This document shows, one piece after another, positions 58,899 through 64,000 of a DNA stretch of 64,000 bases (position 1 is the stretch's first letter; each line of letters begins with the position of its first letter). The position numbers and the translations under genes were made by a program. Under the pieces are notes generated by a model. The model worked only from the letters and a program-made list of their open reading frames with translations. It was not told the DNA's origin and did no database searches. The stretch lies in contig CP119311.1 in assembly GCA_029202545.1 (NCBI GenBank), positions 5,276,069 through 5,340,068 on the forward strand, given 5' to 3'. Source of the DNA: Candidatus Pseudobacter hemicellulosilyticus (lineage in GTDB: Bacteria; Bacteroidota; Bacteroidia; Chitinophagales; Chitinophagaceae).

Positions 58899-59445
58899 CT
58901 GCGAGCATGATTTTTACTTTAAGAATAGCAGCCACAGAAAGGCTGTCCGTGATAATGCCTTTCTCCATCATCTGGTACACTTCTGCAAAAGGCAGCTTTT
59001 TGACCTGCAGCTGTTCTGTTTCTTCCGGTTCGGCCGTTCCCTGTTCCAGCTGACGCGCCAGGTATACAATGCCATATTCATCTGTTACGGAATTGCTGAG
59101 ATGCAGTTCAGCCAGCGGCTCCCACCGGGCGGCTACCAGGCCCGTTTCCTCCAGCAATTCCCGCTGAGCCGATAATAAGGGGTCTGTGTTTTCCGGGCAG
59201 CCACCTTCGGGTATCTCCCAGCTATAGCGATCCAGGGTGAAACGATACTGTCCTACCAGGTAGGTATTGAGGTCCTGGTCCAGGGGCAGAACGCCTACGG
59301 CCAGGTTCCTGAAATGTACTTTTCCGTAGATGCCTTTCCCACCGGAGGGGTTGATCACCTGGTATTCCGTCAATGCGATCCAGGGATTGGTGTAGATCTC
59401 CTGGGCGGATACAATTTGCCAGGGATTCTGCTGTTCATCAATCAT
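58882..59445 (-). CDS. NUDIX hydrolase (ADP-sugar pyrophosphatase-like)
   Basis: Nudix box EIPEGG.....PLLSAQRELLEETG and a VGQYRF motif. Confidence 0.9.
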   Translation of the reverse strand: MIDEQQNPWQIVSAQEIYTNPWIALTEYQVINPSGGKGIYGKVHFRNLAVGVLPLDQDLNTYLVGQYRFTLDRYSWEIPEGGCPENTDPLLSAQRELLEETGLVAARWEPLAELHLSNSVTDEYGIVYLARQLEQGTAEPEETEQLQVKKLPFAEVYQMMEKGIITDSLSVAAILKVKIMLADGRIS

Positions 59446-59528
59446 GGAGCAAAAATAACGAAAACAAAAAACCTCCCCATAAAGAGAAGGCTTTTCATTT
59501 TTTGTGCCGACAAAATAGCTTTGGGGTC

Positions 59529-60782
59529 CTATTTTACACTAAAGGCCTTTTTGATCTTAGCCACATAGTCCAGTTTCTCCCAGGTGAACAGTTCCACTTT
59601 CTTTTTGATGGTTTTGCCATCGGGAGAAGTGAAGGTCTTTTCCACCACTTCTGACTTACGGCCCATATGACCATAAGCAGCGGTTTCACTATAAATAGGA
59701 TTACGGAGTTTCAGTCTTTGTTCAATGAAATAAGGACGCATGTCGAAGATCTCGGAGATCATCTTCGCAATCTTGCCGTCGCTCTGTTTCACTTTGGCAG
59801 TGCCATAGGTATTCACATAGACACCCATGGGCTGCGCCACGCCGATAGCGTAGGAAACCTGCACCAGCACTTCTTCACAGATGCCGGCAGCCACCAGGTT
59901 CTTGGCAATATGGCGGGTAGCATAGGCAGCGGAACGGTCCACTTTGGAGGGGTCTTTACCGCTGAAAGCACCACCACCGTGTGCGCCTTTACCACCGTAG
60001 GTGTCAACAATGATCTTACGGCCGGTAAGGCCGGTATCACCGTGCGGACCGCCAATCACGAACTTGCCGGTGGGGTTCACATGGTATTTGATCTTGCCGC
60101 TGAACAGGTGGGCGTATTTCTTGTATTTCTGCTGTACGCGGGGGATCAGGATATTGATCACATCCTTTTTGATCTTCGCCTGCATTTTTTCTTCGCTGGC
60201 AAAGTCATCGTGCTGGGTAGAGATCACGATGGCGTCAATGCGTACAGGTTTGTTGTTATCGTCGTATTCCAGGGTCACCTGGCTTTTGGCGTCGGGACGC
60301 AGGTATTTGATCTCCTTGTTCTCGCGGCGCAGTACGGCCAGTTCCAGCAGGAGCTTATGGGCCAGGTCAAGCGCCAGGGGCATATAGTCTTCGGTTTCAT
60401 TGGTAGCATAACCGAACATCATGCCCTGATCACCGGCGCCCTGTTCTTCTTTTTTCTTTTTGTCAACGCCCTGGTTGATATCGGAGGATTGTTCGTGGAT
60501 AGCGGACAATACACCGCAGGAGCTGGCTTCAAACATGTACTCGCTCTTGGTATAACCAATTTTGCGGATCACGTTACGGGCAATCTCCTGAACATCGAGA
60601 TATGCAGAAGATTTTACTTCACCTGCCAGCACCACCTGACCTGTGGTCACCAGTGTTTCGCAGGCTACTTTTGATTGGGGATCAAAAGCCAGGAAGTTAT
60701 CGATCAAAGCATCAGAGATCTGGTCAGCAACTTTATCAGGGTGACCTTCTGAAACGCTTTCAGAAGTGAATAAATATGGCAT
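59529..60782 (-). CDS. metK: S-adenosylmethionine synthetase
   Basis: [46 protein letters not shown] and [10 protein letters not shown] motifs. Confidence 0.98.
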   Translation of the reverse strand: MPYLFTSESVSEGHPDKVADQISDALIDNFLAFDPQSKVACETLVTTGQVVLAGEVKSSAYLDVQEIARNVIRKIGYTKSEYMFEASSCGVLSAIHEQSSDINQGVDKKKKEEQGAGDQGMMFGYATNETEDYMPLALDLAHKLLLELAVLRRENKEIKYLRPDAKSQVTLEYDDNNKPVRIDAIVISTQHDDFASEEKMQAKIKKDVINILIPRVQQKYKKYAHLFSGKIKYHVNPTGKFVIGGPHGDTGLTGRKIIVDTYGGKGAHGGGAFSGKDPSKVDRSAAYATRHIAKNLVAAGICEEVLVQVSYAIGVAQPMGVYVNTYGTAKVKQSDGKIAKMISEIFDMRPYFIEQRLKLRNPIYSETAAYGHMGRKSEVVEKTFTSPDGKTIKKKVELFTWEKLDYVAKIKKAFSVK

Positions 60783-60835
60783 ACTCTTATAGGTTGTTGG
60801 TTGTAAACTAAATATAGTTAACGAACTGTTGGCGG

Positions 60836-60843
60836 CAAAGATA
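60836..60843 (-). promoter_or_regulatory. -7 promoter element (TATCTTTG) for metK
   Basis: Exact TAnnTTTG match 53 nt upstream of the ATG. Confidence 0.6.
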
Positions 60844-60853
60844 AGTGTCCGTC

Positions 60854-62293
60854 CTAAATTTTAGAATAAATTATTCGCATGCGCATTTTGTTGGTGGGAT
60901 GGCTGCCGCCGCCTGCTACCACCCGTCCGTAGGCGATGGGTTCATTCACGTAAATGGTAGTGGGCAAGGTGGTTTTGGAACCATCAGCCAGCTGCCACCA
61001 AGGCTTCATATACAGTGGCGCGGAGATCCGCAGGGTATGGTAGGGCAGCTGTTTGGACACCACGCTCTGCAGGTAACGGGTCAGGTTAAAGGTATACTTG
61101 CCTGCCCGGTAGTAACCACCCAGGCTGGCCAAGTCATACATGGTCTGGCCCGATCCGGTGAATACAAAGTCGTTCCGGATGGTGAACACCGAGTCGCCTG
61201 CTGCGCTGAGCGCATCAATGAACAGGGTGGGCATAGGCGTATAGATATTATCCAGGGTAGATGCAATAGGCTCTACCACCAGTTCAGCGCGATGGATCAC
61301 GCGGTTGGTATTCTTCAGGGTATCCAGGCCGGGGATCTTAACGGTAACATATGACCCGGGTGCGCTTTGCAGGTACACCTTATCATCATTGGCATTGCCG
61401 TTCTCCAGGTAAGCCTGGTAATTATGAGCGGGGGTATGGCTCACCAGGTTGGCCTGGGTAGCGCCCGTATAATTAAAGATGCTGGACAGGGTATCCACGG
61501 ACCCGTTGCTGGTAACACGGACATAGAAAGTAAGCCGTGTTTTGCTGGTATTGGTCAGGTCAAAATAAGCCAGGGCGCGCTTGCCGGCAGAGGCAGCTTC
61601 ATTGACGCGCAGGGCCAGCCCTTTGAAATGGGTGCGGAAAGCGGAATCCGTTTTATAGACATCGGCCGTATCATAGTTCACGAAATGACGGGCCCAGGCG
61701 GTATCCAGGTGGATCCGCAGCTCATTATTGCTGAGGATGGTATCGGTCCTGTTATTTACGTAGGAAATAGAATCGTTGAGGGTATTGAACACCAGGTTCT
61801 TCTGTCCCAGTACGCCGGGCAGTACGGCAAAGGCCGGGGTGCTGATCCGGTAAGCGGAATCCTTGAAGTTATTGCTGGCAGGATCAATTTCAAATACCTC
61901 GATCTGCTGAACGGAATTGGAGTCCCCGTAAAGGTTGTTATAGGCCAGGGACAATACTACGGAGTCAATGAGTACAGAGTCCTTTTCCAGGAAAGGATGG
62001 GCTCCGTATACATTGGGTGTAAGTGAGGCATAGATGGCCGCCTGTGTTTTACCAAACTCGGGGTCGTCGTCAATAACACCCAGGGCATGGGGGAAACTGG
62101 CGTAAACAACGGTGGTATCAGGATACAGGAAGTTGTCTGTTTCCACGTCCAGCAGCGTTTCAAAAGTGTGGACATTGTCAACGGCAGGGATCAGGTCTTT
62201 ACCCAGATCGGTGGCGTCAACTTTGGTGCAGGAGGAATACAGCAGAAAGCCGGAAAGCACTACGATAAGCGATGCTAAGATTTTCCTATTCAC
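60854..62293 (-). CDS. DUF4270-like lipoprotein
   Basis: Lipobox (LLYSSC), [19 protein letters not shown] and Y.FNLTRYLQ motifs. Sits in the conserved position downstream of the GT5 gene. Confidence 0.8.
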   Translation of the reverse strand: MNRKILASLIVVLSGFLLYSSCTKVDATDLGKDLIPAVDNVHTFETLLDVETDNFLYPDTTVVYASFPHALGVIDDDPEFGKTQAAIYASLTPNVYGAHPFLEKDSVLIDSVVLSLAYNNLYGDSNSVQQIEVFEIDPASNNFKDSAYRISTPAFAVLPGVLGQKNLVFNTLNDSISYVNNRTDTILSNNELRIHLDTAWARHFVNYDTADVYKTDSAFRTHFKGLALRVNEAASAGKRALAYFDLTNTSKTRLTFYVRVTSNGSVDTLSSIFNYTGATQANLVSHTPAHNYQAYLENGNANDDKVYLQSAPGSYVTVKIPGLDTLKNTNRVIHRAELVVEPIASTLDNIYTPMPTLFIDALSAAGDSVFTIRNDFVFTGSGQTMYDLASLGGYYRAGKYTFNLTRYLQSVVSKQLPYHTLRISAPLYMKPWWQLADGSKTTLPTTIYVNEPIAYGRVVAGGGSHPTNKMRMRIIYSKI

Positions 62294-62330
62294 GCAGCTA
62301 AGAGTTAAAATCAGGTTTTAGATGAAATAC

Positions 62331-63143
62331 CTATTTGGCAAGGTCGGAATACAATTGTAAATAGTCTGTTAAATCGGACTCGGCATTATAGGTGAGCACC
62401 TTCTTGCCTTTTACCTTACCAAACTCCTCTACCAGTTTTTTGTCCACCTTATCGGCGCCAAAGGTCACTGCGTCTGCATAGGTGGCGCCGCCGCGCATCA
62501 GGGCGATATTATTGGCGTCTTTAAACGGTTCCAGGTCCTTGTCCTTGATATTGGGGCTGATATTGGCCACCTTCAGGAAATCGGGACCCAGCTTTTCCTT
62601 GAAACTGGTATTACCGATAGTATAGATGACTTTGCTGTGTGCAAAGACGGGTTCTTTTTTATAGGCTGTTTTCTGGTAAAAGGGGATCAGGCCTGTCATC
62701 CAGCCGGAGCAATGGATAATGTCCGGGGGCCAGCCAAATTTCTTCACGGTTTCCAGGGCGCCTTTACAGAAGAAAACGGTGCGGAGACCATTGTCGTCAA
62801 ACCATTTTTCCTGTTCGTCGTGATAGATATACTTCCGTTTGAAGAAGTCCTCATTGTCGAGAAAATATACCTGCAGACGGGCGTTGGGAAGGGAGGCAAC
62901 CTTGATCTGGAGTGGAAAATCATCATTGTCTACCGAAACATTAATACCGGATAACCGGACCACTTCATGCAGGCGATGGCGCCTTTCATTGATAACACCG
63001 AACCGGGGCATAATGCAGCGAACTTCGAAACCATTTTCATTAGCTTTTATTGCCAGTCTGTTCACAGTCTCGGAGAATTCGGTCAATTCCAGATACGGAG
63101 ACATTTCGTTGGCAATAAATAAAATTCTTTTCTTTGTCAGCAT
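62331..63143 (-). CDS. Glycogen/starch synthase N-terminal (GT5) domain protein
   Basis: MPRFG.INERRHRLHEV.RLSG, VYFLDNEDFFKR and W.PDIIHC.GW motifs. Only 270 aa. Confidence 0.85.
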   Translation of the reverse strand: MLTKKRILFIANEMSPYLELTEFSETVNRLAIKANENGFEVRCIMPRFGVINERRHRLHEVVRLSGINVSVDNDDFPLQIKVASLPNARLQVYFLDNEDFFKRKYIYHDEQEKWFDDNGLRTVFFCKGALETVKKFGWPPDIIHCSGWMTGLIPFYQKTAYKKEPVFAHSKVIYTIGNTSFKEKLGPDFLKVANISPNIKDKDLEPFKDANNIALMRGGATYADAVTFGADKVDKKLVEEFGKVKGKKVLTYNAESDLTDYLQLYSDLAK

Positions 63144-63185
63144 TATGATACTAAATTGGTTAGTCTACCCTTAAAAAACAGGGTG

Positions 63186-63193
63186 CAAAGTTA
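63186..63193 (-). promoter_or_regulatory. -7 promoter element (TAACTTTG) for the GT5-DUF4270 unit
   Basis: Exact TAnnTTTG match 42 nt upstream of the ATG. Confidence 0.6.
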
Positions 63194-63249
63194 AGGATTT
63201 TTATTAAACTGCAGGGTTAAACTCAATCCCGGCCTATTAAACACTGTAA

Positions 63250-64000
63250 ATGATCATTTTAAAACAGGCTGCCCGGTTACAGGAAAGGCTCCGCCAGGAG
63301 CGGGAAAAAGGGCATCGCATTGGTTTCGTTCCCACTATGGGCGCCCTTCACCAGGGGCATCTTTCCCTTATCAGCACAGCCAGGAGCCATACAGATATTA
63401 CTGTTTGCTCCATTTTTGTGAACCCGACCCAGTTCAATGACCCGGCCGACTTTGAAAAATATCCTGTCACCATAGAAAAAGACATCGACCTGCTGGTAAG
63501 CGCCGGCACCGATATTCTATTCCTGCCATCGGTGGCCGAAATGTATCCTGATGGCTGGCAGGACCTGGAGCAGTACGACCTGGGTTACCTGGAGACCGTA
63601 CTGGAAGGCGCCTCCCGGCCTGGCCATTTCCAGGGAGTTTGCCAGGTGGTCAGCCGCCTGCTCCGGCTGGTAGCGCCCGACCAACTTTTCATGGGCCGGA
63701 AAGATTACCAGCAATGCATGGTGGTCAAAAGGCTGCTGACAATAATGCAAAGCAATATTGAGCTGGTGCCCTGCCCCACCCTCCGCCAGGCGGACGGACT
63801 GGCCATGAGCAGCCGGAATATGCGGTTGTCGCCGGAAGACCGGCAGCGGGCCACCGCCATTCACCAGGCCCTGGATACCCTGCGGCAGCAACTGATCCCC
63901 GGCCCTCTTCAGCCGCTGAAGGAACAGGCCATCCGTTTTTTACAGGACCAGGGCTTCCGGCCCGATTATGTGGAAATTGCCGATGCCGATACCCTGGAAT
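63250..64000 (+). CDS. panC: Pantoate--beta-alanine ligase, 3' end outside the window
   Basis: Manual translation: GFVPTMGALHQGHLSL, SIFVNPTQFN, RPGHFQGV, MGRKDYQQ, DGLAMSSRN. It is absent from the ORF track because there is no stop in the window. Confidence 0.95.
   Translation, partial: MIILKQAARLQERLRQEREKGHRIGFVPTMGALHQGHLSLISTARSHTDITVCSIFVNPTQFNDPADFEKYPVTIEKDIDLLVSAGTDILFLPSVAEMYPDGWQDLEQYDLGYLETVLEGASRPGHFQGVCQVVSRLLRLVAPDQLFMGRKDYQQCMVVKRLLTIMQSNIELVPCPTLRQADGLAMSSRNMRLSPEDRQRATAIHQALDTLRQQLIPGPLQPLKEQAIRFLQDQGFRPDYVEIADADTLE

Noticed and set aside
60783-60853. SAM riboswitch upstream of metK
   Set aside because: The intergenic region is only 71 bp, about 50 nt of it leader, and has no SAM-I/II consensus.

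Overview
A 64-kb chromosomal window from a Bacteroidota genome, most likely Chitinophagaceae. This assignment rests on TAnnTTTG-type promoters and Bacteroidota-typical gene families and synteny. Most of the window is housekeeping and envelope genes: LptD-like, two amidases, MlaD, OstA-like, ychF, purC, trhO, bioF-like, UbiD-family, infC-thrS, ABC-F, patatin/PlpD-like, Prc, glk, HMG-CoA lyase, rlmB, metK and panC. I found no rRNA, tRNA, CRISPR array, integrase or transposase. The strongest candidate for an undescribed system is an AT-rich cassette at 18445-19267. There, a perfect Bacteroidota sigma-A promoter drives a ~70-nt structured RNA that ends in an intrinsic terminator just upstream of a NYN/PIN-fold ribonuclease gene, which is the layout of RNA-antitoxin (type III/AbiF-like) systems. 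Other notable items: two 121-bp REPIN-like nested-hairpin elements with a variable core, an 87-bp tandem array whose core motif recurs elsewhere, two truncated ECF sigma/anti-sigma pairs, a DUF3857 trio with one intact and two degenerate active sites, dense O-glycosylation sequon clusters in the Lpt-like proteins, and a frameshifted TonB-dependent receptor. All product calls come from motif recognition without database searches.
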